A DNA stretch of 64,000 bases from Planctomycetota bacterium (GTDB lineage Bacteria > Planctomycetota > Planctomycetia > Pirellulales > UBA1268). Shown here one piece after another: positions 27,297 through 37,480 of this stretch (positions within the stretch are counted from its first letter, which is position 1; the number at the start of each line of letters is the position of its first letter). The notes beneath the pieces were generated by a model, which was not told the origin of the DNA, did not search any database, and saw only the letters and a list, made by a program, of their open reading frames with translations. The position numbers and the translations under genes are program-made. Location: positions 8,580 through 72,579 of the forward strand of contig JABAAH010000008.1 of assembly GCA_014238855.1 (NCBI GenBank), written 5' to 3'.

Positions 27297-27781
27297 ATTC
27301 TGAAAAACTTCCGTTTGGCAGACTCGCTGGCGTAGATTATGGCCGTCGAAGAATTGGTATATCGGTCTGTGATACCGAACGAATAATTGCCAGCCCATTG
27401 ATGATTTATAAAACAAACCGAGACCCTCATGCCGATGCAGCATTTTTCCTGAAACTTGTAAAACAGGAAGAACTCGCTGGCTTCGTTGTGGGACTACCTC
27501 TGCACTCTGATGGAAGAAACAGTGAAATGTCTTCCGAGGTCGAGAAGTTCGCAGCGTGGCTCACAGAAACTACTGAACTACCAGTAGTTTTTCAGGATGA
27601 AAGAAATACGTCTCAGGAAGCATCCGGGCTGTTGAGGCCTGCTAGGCTCACGCGTGGCCGAAAAAAAGAACGCCACGATGCTGTTGCGGCACAGATCATA
27701 CTGGGCACATGGCTGGAAAAACAGACAGCACTACAAAAAACATTACTTACCGAAGATAATGGCACGCTTGATGATGACTAA
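27293..27781 (+). CDS. ruvX: Holliday junction resolvase-like / pre-16S rRNA nuclease RuvX (YqgF)
   Basis: It has LAGVDYGRRRIGISVCD and later DERNTSQEA. There is a 4-nt ATGA overlap with the preceding gene. Confidence 0.85.
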   Translation: MNSEKLPFGRLAGVDYGRRRIGISVCDTERIIASPLMIYKTNRDPHADAAFFLKLVKQEELAGFVVGLPLHSDGRNSEMSSEVEKFAAWLTETTELPVVFQDERNTSQEASGLLRPARLTRGRKKERHDAVAAQIILGTWLEKQTALQKTLLTEDNGTLDDD

Positions 27782-28649
27782 AAACAAAAATGAGACTGCT
27801 CGTCTAATCATCGGATGTGGCTTTCTTGGTGAAAGAGTTGCACAACGATGGCTTGGGTCCGGCTCCACCGTCTTTGCTACAACACGTAACCAAACGAAAG
27901 CTAAACGATTCGCAAAAGCAAACATCCACCCCATAATTGGAGACGTAACAACAAGTAGTGGATCACCGAACTGTTTCCAAAACCTTCCAGAGGTAGACAC
28001 TGTCTTATGGTCAGTCGGATTCGATAGAAACGCCCATGCGAACTATCATGATGTCCACGTGACAGGGCTTCTTCGCATACTCGACCAAATACCAAATAAC
28101 CCACGAGTCATTTTCATTAGTTCAACTGGCGTTTGGGGCACAGAAACTGCCGAAGAAGTGAACGAGTCAACTCCAGCACATCCTACACGAGAGGCTGGAC
28201 GGACTTTGCTCACAGCAGAAACTTCCCTCAGCAGACATCCCAAAGGACCGGGCGTCGTACTTCGACTCGCTGGTCTCTATGGACCAGATCGACTTCCGAG
28301 GCTTCAGGATGTCAGAGAAAACAACCCGATCCCTGCCGACCCTGACAGTTGGCTCAACCTGATACACGTCGATGATGCAGCTGCTGTCATCTGTGACATT
28401 GCAGAACTTCCTTCACCACAGGAACTTTATGCTGTTTCAGACATGAACCCTTTACGACGCTACGATTGGTACTCCGCGCTTGCAGAATTCACAAACAGCT
28501 CACCACCTCAGTGGGCAGCAGAGGCCACCAAGAGCCGGGGTGGAAACAAACGAATCAATGCACATCGCATCTGGAACGATCTTAACAGTCAGCCTCGCTA
28601 CCCAAATGCAATTGAGGCAATGCGAACAATTCTTCAAGAATCCACCTAA
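27759..28649 (+). CDS. NAD(P)-binding Rossmann-fold protein (SDR / NAD-dependent epimerase-like)
   Basis: Its glycine-rich motif, LIIGCGFLGERV, lies near the N-terminus. I moved the start from the track value 27654, which overlapped ruvX by 128 nt, to one of the ATGs at 27759-27774. Confidence 0.65.
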   Translation: MARLMMTKNKNETARLIIGCGFLGERVAQRWLGSGSTVFATTRNQTKAKRFAKANIHPIIGDVTTSSGSPNCFQNLPEVDTVLWSVGFDRNAHANYHDVHVTGLLRILDQIPNNPRVIFISSTGVWGTETAEEVNESTPAHPTREAGRTLLTAETSLSRHPKGPGVVLRLAGLYGPDRLPRLQDVRENNPIPADPDSWLNLIHVDDAAAVICDIAELPSPQELYAVSDMNPLRRYDWYSALAEFTNSSPPQWAAEATKSRGGNKRINAHRIWNDLNSQPRYPNAIEAMRTILQEST

Positions 28650-28685
28650 GTCTGCAACTATCACTTTGAGCACATGCCCCAAAAA

Positions 28686-30773
28686 CTAACGTGACTCACT
28701 CTGACCCTCTGTTTTACTTTCAGACTTCGCCAACGATGGCATCGCGGCACCGGATAACACTGCGAGATAATCCGTCGTCACTCTCATAGCCTCATCAAAA
28801 TAGAAGTCTCGTGTCACAACTGGTCGTCGTGGCCCAGCGTTTTCCTCCTGTTTTTTCTCCTCCTCTTTGTCTGCCGCTTTGCCTTCATTCCATTCCTTTA
28901 CAAAGTCTGACTCCAAGAGAGAGATTGTCTTTTCGTTTTTCCTCTCCTCGTAGCGGGCAATATCTGTTGCCAGTTCTTGAAACTCTTCGTCGTCTGCCAC
29001 ACGTACGTCAGATCGTTGCTGAAGTGTTTCAAGCATTGATTCATTGACGTTGTTGGTGGCCACAAAGTCTGCTGTATCGACGCGATCAAAGGGAATTGCA
29101 TTATCAAGATCCGATTCTCCGACTGGGAGGTGATCTGTGATACTCGGCAATTTCACATCACTCTTCACCCCTTTCATCTGCGTACTTAGCCCACTCGGGC
29201 GGTAAAACTGCTGCATTGTTATTTTCAACGCACCAAGAGACGGTGCATTGGGCAAACGCTGAAAAAGCTGCCGCCCCAGATCAAGCAAGCTTTGCACGGT
29301 GCCCTTTCCGTGAGTAGCAGAATCACCAATGACGAGCCCACGGCGATAGTCCTGTATTGCCCCTGCAACAATCTCACTTGCGCTCGCACTGAACTTATTC
29401 ACAAGCACAACAAGCGGACCATCCCAAACAACACCGGGCTCCAAGTCATCGTATTGCTGGACTCGCTGATCAGCGTCTTTGATTTGGACAACTGGGCCTG
29501 TATCAATGAAAAGACCCGTTAAAGAAATAGACTCGGGCAAAGACCCTCCACCATTGTTGCGAAGATCGAGAGCGACACAGTCAACTCCCTCTTCGCGGAA
29601 TCCTTCAAGCAGTTTCCGACAGTCACGTGTACTACTTTTATAATCAGCCTGCCCTTGCCGGGCAGCCGCCATGTCCATGTAAAAACTCGGTAGATTAACG
29701 ATACCAATTCGCCAAGGACTCCCATCTTCTTTTATACCCTCCTCAATAATTTCACCACGCGCTGCACTATCCTGCAACTCAATTTTTGCCCGCACAATGT
29801 CGTAAACTTTTGGCACCGTTTGACTAACGGGGACAACCTTAAGGCGCACTACCGTCCCCCGCTTACCACGAATGAGTTTCACAACATCGTTGAGATTCAT
29901 ATCAACGACATCGACCATCTCGCCTTCACGATTCTGGCCGACACCGACGATCCGATCTTTTTTCTTCAGCCGGCCATCTTTGTCTGCTGCCCCTCCGGGA
30001 ACAAGTTCGGCAACTGTCGTATAGCCATCTTCACCCTTCAACGAGGCACCGATACCATCGAGTTGCAGCCTCATTGTAATTTCAAAATTTTCAAGTGTTC
30101 CAGGTGACATGAAACTGGTGTGTGGATCGAGCGAACTCGTGAGTGATGATAGGTATGTTTCTAACAGCTCATCTGCGTTCATCTGATGCATTCGTTTTGC
30201 GAAACTCGTGTAACGACGCAACAGTTTCTTTCTCGCTTCCTCGGGAGAGACCTTCTCCATCTTTTGAACGAGCAAGTCGTATTTGATTCGCTTTTTCCAC
30301 TTATCACGGACTTCGCCTTGCGTCTTTGCCCATACGGCTATGTCACGATCGATAACAATCGATTCCTTCTGATTGAAATCCAACTTTGACTTCAATAATT
30401 CCTCAACGATAGGGATCCGTTCGTCAACTCGCTCGAGAAAACGATCATAAACTTCGTAAGCAAAACTCACGTCTCCCCTTCGGACAAGGTCATCGAGACT
30501 TGATTTTTTTTTCGCAAAGGAGTCGACGTCAGATTGAAGAAAATAGATTTTGAGCGGATCGAGTGCTGAGAGAAAGGTATCAAACCAACGAGCTGCAATT
30601 TCATCATCAATCGGCTTACGCAAAAAATGCTCTCTTTCAAGATAACTTTTTACGGCAAGCGTGATCTGTCGATCATTCGGACCCGGTGTTGGAGACCCGC
30701 CTTCGTTGGCAAAGACCCAAGTGGGCAACAGAACGATTCCCATAAGCCCAACAAGAGAAAGTTTACGCACCAT
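28686..30773 (-). CDS. S41 family carboxy-terminal processing protease (Tsp/Prc-like) with PDZ domain
   Basis: It has VVLVNKFSASASEIVAGAIQDYRRGLVIGDSATHGKGTVQ (S41 Ser/Lys dyad context). I set the start at the ATG at 30773, giving the signal peptide MVRKLSLVGLMGIVLLPTWVFA. Confidence 0.85.
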   Translation of the reverse strand: MVRKLSLVGLMGIVLLPTWVFANEGGSPTPGPNDRQITLAVKSYLEREHFLRKPIDDEIAARWFDTFLSALDPLKIYFLQSDVDSFAKKKSSLDDLVRRGDVSFAYEVYDRFLERVDERIPIVEELLKSKLDFNQKESIVIDRDIAVWAKTQGEVRDKWKKRIKYDLLVQKMEKVSPEEARKKLLRRYTSFAKRMHQMNADELLETYLSSLTSSLDPHTSFMSPGTLENFEITMRLQLDGIGASLKGEDGYTTVAELVPGGAADKDGRLKKKDRIVGVGQNREGEMVDVVDMNLNDVVKLIRGKRGTVVRLKVVPVSQTVPKVYDIVRAKIELQDSAARGEIIEEGIKEDGSPWRIGIVNLPSFYMDMAAARQGQADYKSSTRDCRKLLEGFREEGVDCVALDLRNNGGGSLPESISLTGLFIDTGPVVQIKDADQRVQQYDDLEPGVVWDGPLVVLVNKFSASASEIVAGAIQDYRRGLVIGDSATHGKGTVQSLLDLGRQLFQRLPNAPSLGALKITMQQFYRPSGLSTQMKGVKSDVKLPSITDHLPVGESDLDNAIPFDRVDTADFVATNNVNESMLETLQQRSDVRVADDEEFQELATDIARYEERKNEKTISLLESDFVKEWNEGKAADKEEEKKQEENAGPRRPVVTRDFYFDEAMRVTTDYLAVLSGAAMPSLAKSESKTEGQSESR

Positions 30774-31005
30774 TGGCAAACCGTCGGATTGGGTCAGAAC
30801 GTTACTATCAGCTACTGGTAGATGGCATTCCACTCAGCAAACTCCTTCCAAAATACACATAAGTATGTGTGCACAAACTCTTGCGATGGGTGTTCTCTCG
30901 CGAGATATGACCACCGCACCAAAAACATTATTCTATTGTGACGACTTTTAACGCCCGTGACGAGATGGCTTTTTCGAGTGAACTTTTGAAAAATATGCTT
31001 GGAAA

Positions 31006-31857
31006 TCAATTCATTACGTTTAGACAGGATAATCCACGGTCAACGAGCGCTTTCGCCACTTCTGGAGCGGCTCCAAGCCGGGGCACCTTCACCCACTCGA
31101 CAGACGGATATTCGCTTTCCGCCTCTTTCAAACATCTATCAACCTGCTTCTCAACATGACCATGGAAAAGAAGGTGTGGGTGCAGCACAACCCGCTTCAC
31201 TGGCAGTTGAGCATCGTCACCTTGAAGCAATTGATTCACGGCTTCACGAATGGTCGGTTTCGCTGCTGCAACAAAACTTACAGCAAAACGATACTTCGCG
31301 ACGCTCGCTAACGAACTGTATGTCGATCGCACAAAACCCCAGAGTTGTTGTCCCGCTGTTGGGTCGCTCGATCCTCTGCCAATAACGAGTAACGCTTCAC
31401 GGCCTCCTTCGATGGGTGCATACCCTTGGACTGCTGCAAAAAAACGACGACGGGCGAGGCTTATAACTTGCTCGTGCAAGCCAAGGGGCTCAGCTTGCTG
31501 CACGCTTAGACCTCGGCGAGCAATCGCTTCCTGCAACGCTTTTGGAACATCTTGCTTTGCGTGACCTGCCGCAAACAAAAGTATTGGAATTGCAATGATC
31601 TTTTTGCACCCGCGAGCAGCCAGGCGATCTACTGCCATCGATATCGTTGGCTCGATGACTTCGAGATACCCTAGTTCGACTGGAATATTCGGCAGGATCG
31701 CGTTGACTTGCACAACGATGTCTGCTGTTTCAGCTGCCCCAACAGGATCTGCTGTTCCGTGACCGACGACAACAACACCTGTTTCTGGAAGCACTAGTTG
31801 CTCACAGATTTTACTCTGCCTATCAGCTTGATACGATTGAGTTTCTTGGCAGTTCAT
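31006..31857 (-). CDS. cbiX: sirohydrochlorin chelatase, two-domain CbiX/SirB type
   Basis: It contains two CbiX half-domains, VVVGHGTADPVG and LLVIGRGSSDPTAG. Confidence 0.75.
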   Translation of the reverse strand: MNCQETQSYQADRQSKICEQLVLPETGVVVVGHGTADPVGAAETADIVVQVNAILPNIPVELGYLEVIEPTISMAVDRLAARGCKKIIAIPILLFAAGHAKQDVPKALQEAIARRGLSVQQAEPLGLHEQVISLARRRFFAAVQGYAPIEGGREALLVIGRGSSDPTAGQQLWGFVRSTYSSLASVAKYRFAVSFVAAAKPTIREAVNQLLQGDDAQLPVKRVVLHPHLLFHGHVEKQVDRCLKEAESEYPSVEWVKVPRLGAAPEVAKALVDRGLSCLNVMN

Positions 31858-31999
31858 TTAGACTTACACTGATTCTTGTTACGGATACATGCACCGTTCA
31901 TATTATGATATCGGTATTTTTTTATTTGTCTGTGCACCCGTGCTAGAAACCCAAAAAGCACGCGAAAATTGTTTTGTTGCCTCATCAGGACCTGGCTCC

Positions 32000-33265
32000 A
32001 TGTCGAGTAGTTCGATTCCTAATACATCCTTGCCCCCGAAAGATGACACGGATGATTCGATACCTGAAACTGAAGCAACGCTCGTACTCCAAATCGCTGA
32101 ACGCAATGGACCAAGTTTCCTGCTCCTGCCCAACCAAGAAAACATCATTGGTCGAGCCGTCGATGCGGATATTGTTGTAGCTGACAGACTCACAAGTCGC
32201 GGGCACGCAGCCATATCGAGAAACACCTTAAACGGAGAGTGGCAGATAAAAGATTTGCAAAGCCGTAATGGCACCTGGGTAGACGGCCAACGTATCACGG
32301 AAATATCACTCCAGCCTGAAATGTCTATTCGGATTGGCACAACTGAATTTATTTTCAGAATTCCATCCAGACGATCAGTGGAAGAAACAGATGATGAATC
32401 TGAAAAAATAATTCGATGTGAGCCCGTCGGTGAAATCGAGGGTTACAACTTCCAGAGATCGCGTGATGGCCTTGTTGACGAGGGACGTCGCACCATGCTT
32501 CTCTACCAGACCAGCATTCGGCTTCTCGCCTCACAATCAATTGAAGACGTAATTGCAGCAACTGTGGAGATTGCTGCTGAGAATACTGGAGCCGACGCGG
32601 TTGGCTGGTTTGATCTTCATGAGACAAATACGCTGGAATCTGTTTTGGTTGTTCCGCCATCAAGCGACCTCACAGAACGACTCGATGAAACTAGTTGCCA
32701 AAAATTTATTCGTGATGGACATGCGGTATGGGTAAAACGAAATTTCCATAATCGAAATGATGGAGAGAGCACCCATGCATATGGCCTCATGTTCATTCCT
32801 GTACTTGACGGAGAACGCCCTTGGGCCGCACTTTGTGCGACTGCCGAAAATGACCACCTGCAAGACAACGACTTTGGTTTTTTTGTCTCGCTCATCAGTC
32901 TCGCCTCAGCCGCTTGTGCGGGACATCAAAAGACTACAGAGGCTGGTGATTCAAAGCCTGCCGCGGCTCTCGCTGGAAGTGACACAGTGGACGCGACCCC
33001 CGAGGAACTCCAGACTATGGCTTTCCCGAATTTCCAACAAATATCAGCAAAGCTACGGGGATCATTAAGGCTGGATGAATGGCAGAGAATTTTGATTACA
33101 GAAGCTTTACGACGAGCAGAGGGCAGGATACCCGAAGCTGCGGAAGAACTTGGAATAAGCCGCTCCACACTCTACCGGAAAATAGAGCAGTCTGAACTTA
33201 ATCGTGAGACGTCTATTCAAGACGACCCCAGTATCATCACTCAGACAGATCTTCGTACGCTCTAG
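32000..33265 (+). CDS. FHA - GAF-like - Fis-type HTH transcriptional regulator (no AAA+ module)
   Basis: FHA block: IIGRAVDADIVVADRLTSRGHAAI...NGTWVDGQRI. The central region is GAF-like. The C-terminal part is ITEALRRAEGRIPEAAEELGISRSTLYRKIE. I set the start at the ATG at 32000. Confidence 0.7.
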   Translation: MSSSSIPNTSLPPKDDTDDSIPETEATLVLQIAERNGPSFLLLPNQENIIGRAVDADIVVADRLTSRGHAAISRNTLNGEWQIKDLQSRNGTWVDGQRITEISLQPEMSIRIGTTEFIFRIPSRRSVEETDDESEKIIRCEPVGEIEGYNFQRSRDGLVDEGRRTMLLYQTSIRLLASQSIEDVIAATVEIAAENTGADAVGWFDLHETNTLESVLVVPPSSDLTERLDETSCQKFIRDGHAVWVKRNFHNRNDGESTHAYGLMFIPVLDGERPWAALCATAENDHLQDNDFGFFVSLISLASAACAGHQKTTEAGDSKPAAALAGSDTVDATPEELQTMAFPNFQQISAKLRGSLRLDEWQRILITEALRRAEGRIPEAAEELGISRSTLYRKIEQSELNRETSIQDDPSIITQTDLRTL

Positions 33266-33274
33266 TCTTCTTAC

Positions 33275-34627
33275 TCATTCGATCGCCGGGTGACGAGTAG
33301 CCGGATGATGAATAGATAGTGCAACATTTTTCAGAATTGCACTGACAAAAAAGAGTGTTAGTACTGCCACAACAAACGGTAACGCATGAGATGGATGAAC
33401 TGCGAACAAGAGAGATCCAACAAGTGGCCCTAGTATACGACCGAGCGAGGCAAAGGATTGATTTACACCTAACACCTCTCCCTGCTCAGAAGAACTTGCG
33501 GACCGTGAAACAAGTGCAGAAACTGAAGGATTCACAAAAGCAAACCCCCACACTGCGAATGCCGAAGCTATATAAAAAGCAACCTTTATTCCATCGCCAA
33601 CGCCGTCAAAAGCCACATCAGCACTTGCTTGCGATTGGAACAGTACCCATGAAACTACTGCCAATCCACCAAGCCCCAAGATCATCTGGATAAGTCCGGC
33701 GGCCATTAACGACACTTCAGAGAATCGTTTTGCAAGAGGACGGTAAAGGCCGCCTGCCACCAGCAAAAGTGCACCAATTGCGGCAAAGACAAGGAAATTG
33801 TCATCGTCATTCATACCAAAGGCTGCTCGTGTAAACCGTGCAAGCGTGGCTTCAAAATTTGCAAATGAAAAGATTGCTAGAAAATAAATAAGAATAAGAC
33901 CACCAACTGCTGGCATTCGAAGAACTGATACAGTCCGACTGATACTGAAAAATTCTTTCGCTGCATTTTTGCCTGGCACTCTCGTTTCTCGAAAAACAAA
34001 CACTGCCAAAAGGAGTGCGACAAGTGAGAGAAGTGATGCAATCGCTCCGACTCCCCAAGGTTGCTCATCGAAAAGAGCGAGTCCAAAATAAGCGATAAGT
34101 GGACCGAGTGTAAATCCTGCACCAAATGCGATGCCAATTAATGCCATCCCTCGGGCTCGTCGCTCTGGCGTCGTGCAGTCTGCAATCACTGCGGCCGCAG
34201 TTCCTACACTTGCACCAGCAATTCCTGCTCCGACTCGTGAGAACAACATCAACCCTAAGGCAAGTTGTGATTGTTCCAATGGTAAGGACACGGCATAGCC
34301 ATACAGGGCGTAGAAGACCACCGACCCTAGTAGGCTCAGAATCAAAAGAGGCTTTCTTCCATATCGGTCAGAGAGTCGCCCCCAAATTGGACTGAAAATG
34401 AATTGCATCAGTGAAAACACTGAAAACAAAACGCCAATGATTCCTCCTGCTGCGACCTCTGATACGTTCAGCGCATTGAGATATGGCTCCGCCTGCCTCG
34501 GCATGACGGGTAAGACGATGCCAAAGCCTAATAGATCGATAAAAACCGTTAAAAAAACAATAAGTAGAGCAAACCTAGGAGTGGTTCCCCTAGGAGTGGT
34601 TCCCTGAGATACAGGCTGTGATGTCAT
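33275..34627 (-). CDS. MFS transporter
   Basis: It has about 12 hydrophobic segments and MFS motif A, GRLSDRYGRKPLL. I set the start at the ATG at 34627. The track start at 34789 would overlap xseA. Confidence 0.8.
   Translation of the reverse strand: MTSQPVSQGTTPRGTTPRFALLIVFLTVFIDLLGFGIVLPVMPRQAEPYLNALNVSEVAAGGIIGVLFSVFSLMQFIFSPIWGRLSDRYGRKPLLILSLLGSVVFYALYGYAVSLPLEQSQLALGLMLFSRVGAGIAGASVGTAAAVIADCTTPERRARGMALIGIAFGAGFTLGPLIAYFGLALFDEQPWGVGAIASLLSLVALLLAVFVFRETRVPGKNAAKEFFSISRTVSVLRMPAVGGLILIYFLAIFSFANFEATLARFTRAAFGMNDDDNFLVFAAIGALLLVAGGLYRPLAKRFSEVSLMAAGLIQMILGLGGLAVVSWVLFQSQASADVAFDGVGDGIKVAFYIASAFAVWGFAFVNPSVSALVSRSASSSEQGEVLGVNQSFASLGRILGPLVGSLLFAVHPSHALPFVVAVLTLFFVSAILKNVALSIHHPATRHPAIE
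34574..34603. repeat. perfect 2 x 15-bp tandem duplication (cctaggagtggttcc) inside the MFS 5' end
   Basis: Read directly. It encodes GTTPRGTTPR on the minus strand. Confidence 0.95.
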
Positions 34628-34702
34628 AGTAAACTCGTTAAAGGTGAGCAGGAGAGAGCACCGGATAGAGCGACAGTGTCGCAGATTGGTATGATATGAG
34701 GG

Positions 34703-35971
34703 ATGAAGAGTGGCACAAAAAAACAACCTAAAGATCTTGCCGAAGATGCCTTGAGCGTGTCTCAGGTCACCGCTCGCGTCAAGGATCACCTTGAATCACG
34801 GTTTACCGATGTATGGATTACAGGTGAAGTCACCAATCTTGTGACTGCAGGCTCTGGTCATATTTACTTAGGTTTGAAAGACGAAACAGCACTGCTCCGC
34901 AGTGTCATCTGGCGAGGAACTCGAGCCTCACTGGCTATCGAACCAACTGACGGCATGGAAGTAGTATGTCACGGACGAATAGAAGTTTACCCCCCCAGAG
35001 GAAGCTACCAACTCACGATCGATCGTTGTCACGCTCTTGGAACGGGCACTCTTGAAACAAAACTCCGCGAATTACACGCACGCCTTGAGGACGAAGGGCT
35101 GTTTTCTGTTACCAGAAAACAGAATTTACCAAAGTACCCGCGTCGAATAGGCCTTATTACGAGCACGTCCGGTGCCGCAGTTTCAGACTTTTTAAAAACG
35201 CTCGTTAGCCGCTGGCCAATTGCTGATGTCGTGCTTTGCCCATCTCGTGTACAGGGAGCAGGCGCGGCAGAGGAATTGGCTTCGAGCCTTTTGAAAGCAG
35301 GACAATTAACCCCTCCGCTGGATGCTATTGCAATTGTCCGTGGCGGAGGAAGCCTTGAAGACCTCTGGTCCTTTAATGAAGAAATACTTGTGCGGGCAGT
35401 TGCTGAAAGCAGAATCCCAATTATTTCAGGAATTGGACACGAAATTGATATTTCTCTCGTTGACCTTGTCGCGGATGTGCGTGGCTTAACGCCGACTGAT
35501 GCTGCTATCCACATTGCAGTTGAACGCCAACAAATGCTCGACCACCTAGGGCTTTCTGGGCAAAGATTGAATAAAGAATTGATTCAACGTGTTACATCAA
35601 CGCGTCATCGCCTGAATCGAATTGCAACTGCACGACCATTAGCCTTTCCACACCACAATATTAGTGCCGCACGTCAACATCTCTTAGAAAAAGCACTACG
35701 ACTGCAACGTCAGGGATCTCAAAAATTAAAACAGTCGAAGGATGAATTAAGTTCAATGGCAGCTTTGCTGGAGGCCAACAGCCCATTAAAACTTCTCTCC
35801 AAAGGCTACTCAGTCACAACAAACGCAAAGACGAAAGAAGCCATTGACTCTTGGTACCAAGCTCCACCAGGAACCACTATCATCACAAAACTGGCTCATG
35901 GGGAACTACATAGTCGAGTTGAGCGAAGCATCGACACAAGTCACCATAAAACAAGTGCACACGTTGAGTAA
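34703..35971 (+). CDS. xseA: exodeoxyribonuclease VII large subunit
   Basis: OB-fold N-terminus (VWITGEVTNL...GRIEVYPPRGSYQL), then IGLITSTSGAAVSDF and VRGGGSLEDLWSFNEE. Confidence 0.9.
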   Translation: MKSGTKKQPKDLAEDALSVSQVTARVKDHLESRFTDVWITGEVTNLVTAGSGHIYLGLKDETALLRSVIWRGTRASLAIEPTDGMEVVCHGRIEVYPPRGSYQLTIDRCHALGTGTLETKLRELHARLEDEGLFSVTRKQNLPKYPRRIGLITSTSGAAVSDFLKTLVSRWPIADVVLCPSRVQGAGAAEELASSLLKAGQLTPPLDAIAIVRGGGSLEDLWSFNEEILVRAVAESRIPIISGIGHEIDISLVDLVADVRGLTPTDAAIHIAVERQQMLDHLGLSGQRLNKELIQRVTSTRHRLNRIATARPLAFPHHNISAARQHLLEKALRLQRQGSQKLKQSKDELSSMAALLEANSPLKLLSKGYSVTTNAKTKEAIDSWYQAPPGTTIITKLAHGELHSRVERSIDTSHHKTSAHVE

Positions 35972-35992
35972 ACCAAAACTACAAGAAATGAC

Positions 35993-36406
35993 ATGACTGA
36001 CAAAAAGCCAAAAGTCAACAAAAAACAACCGTCTTTCGAGGCCTCACTCGATCAACTCGATGCTGTCATAAACCAGATGGAGTCGCGGGAATTAGGGCTC
36101 ACTGAATCGATTGAGGCATACGAGCAAGGCGTCTCGTTATTACGCCAACTGCATAATGAACTCAGCGATATAGAGCAGCGAGTTGTCACGCTGGTACGAA
36201 TTGATGAAGATGGCAATCCAGTCTTCGAAAATGTTGATAATTCAAATGAAAACGGTCCAAAGAAGTCAAAAGCAAGTCGACGAAAAAGCACAAAGAGTCA
36301 AGGCCTGAAAGCTGAAGCCACCCAGGAAGAACACAATACAACTGCCGTTCATCACAAGACTCGACATCAACTACCAGGAATGGACGACCCCACACCAAGA
36401 ACGTAG
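35993..36406 (+). CDS. xseB: exodeoxyribonuclease VII small subunit with a ~60-aa basic/Ser-rich C-terminal extension
   Basis: SFEASLDQLDAVINQMESRELGLTESIEAYEQGVSLLRQLHNEL is the XseB core. It directly follows xseA. Confidence 0.8.
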   Translation: MTDKKPKVNKKQPSFEASLDQLDAVINQMESRELGLTESIEAYEQGVSLLRQLHNELSDIEQRVVTLVRIDEDGNPVFENVDNSNENGPKKSKASRRKSTKSQGLKAEATQEEHNTTAVHHKTRHQLPGMDDPTPRT

Positions 36407-36465
36407 AACACGTGCCGTAACACACCTGCAAAAAGATGGCACGAAACACCTTGTCATGACGTGGC

Positions 36466-37440
36466 ATGAGTAAAACCACCGATACTGAATTTTCTTCCGA
36501 GACTTTCATGAATGCCTCAGCAAGCGACTTACAACAGCATATTCAAGCAACCCTTGCTGCTGTTCAAGAGTTTATCAACCCACGACTTGAGTCTGCTCTT
36601 ACTTTCTCTGATCAGGCCGCGCCCCGCTTGGTAGGTGCCATGCGGCATGCCCTTCTCGGTCCTGGAAAAAGACTCCGACCAGCCTTGGTGCTCGAAGCAT
36701 CGCGAACCTGCGGTGGGACTTGGGAACAAGCTTCTCCAGCTGCTCTGGCAGTCGAAATTATTCATGCATACTCACTCGTACACGATGATCTGCCTGCAAT
36801 GGACGACGATGATTTACGTCGCGGTAGACCAACCTGCCACCGTGCTTTTGATGAAGCGACAGCGATCTTATGTGGTGATGCTCTGCAACCACTCGCGTTT
36901 CAAGTACTTGCTAGTGGCATGCCTGCGGAAGTTGTACCAGAGGCTTGCCAGATATTAGCCCGAGCGGCAGGTGCAGAATCACTTGTTGGTGGACAGGTAG
37001 ATGACTTGGCTGCAGAGAGAGGGTGGATTTCCGATCTCTCCGAACAAACACCGGAACAGCAGGTGCAATGGATGGAGCGAATTCATCGACGAAAAACTGG
37101 CTGCCTGTTCCTAGCATCGCTTGATCTTGGTTGCTTAGCCGGAGGTGGAAACCCTCAGTGCAGGCATGACCTAGAGGACTACGGAAAAGCCTTTGGCCTT
37201 GCTTTTCAAATAGCGGACGATCTCCTCGACGCTGAGGGATCGGAATCAAACATGGGAAAACGTGTCGGAAAGGATGCCGAGCGAGGAAAACTCACCTTTC
37301 CAACAGTGCTTGGGAAAGAACTCAGTAGAGAGCGAGCCGAGACCCTTTCAGAACAAGCAGCGACAGCTCTCTCGGGCTATGGCGATGCTGCTGAATCACT
37401 CATCGCACTGGCGAGATGGGTTGTAAGCCGTCAAACCTAG
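36466..37440 (+). CDS. ispA: (2E,6E)-farnesyl/geranylgeranyl diphosphate synthase (polyprenyl synthetase)
   Basis: First Asp-rich motif LVHDDLPAMDDDDLRRG. Second Asp-rich motif FQIADDLLD. Confidence 0.85.
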   Translation: MSKTTDTEFSSETFMNASASDLQQHIQATLAAVQEFINPRLESALTFSDQAAPRLVGAMRHALLGPGKRLRPALVLEASRTCGGTWEQASPAALAVEIIHAYSLVHDDLPAMDDDDLRRGRPTCHRAFDEATAILCGDALQPLAFQVLASGMPAEVVPEACQILARAAGAESLVGGQVDDLAAERGWISDLSEQTPEQQVQWMERIHRRKTGCLFLASLDLGCLAGGGNPQCRHDLEDYGKAFGLAFQIADDLLDAEGSESNMGKRVGKDAERGKLTFPTVLGKELSRERAETLSEQAATALSGYGDAAESLIALARWVVSRQT

Positions 37441-37480
37441 GCTTTTGAGCTTCTTCGTGGCTCCGCAAAGGACTGTCGCC

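Noticed and set aside
27654-27758. Upstream start for the Rossmann-fold gene overlapping ruvX by 128 nt
   Set aside because: The GxGxxG motif should lie near the N-terminus. ATGs at 27759-27774 give that geometry with only a short overlap.
34628-34789. 54-codon extension of the MFS gene overlapping the xseA start
   Set aside because: The extension precedes the first TM region and has implausible composition. The ATG at 34627 leaves a normal 75-bp divergent promoter region.
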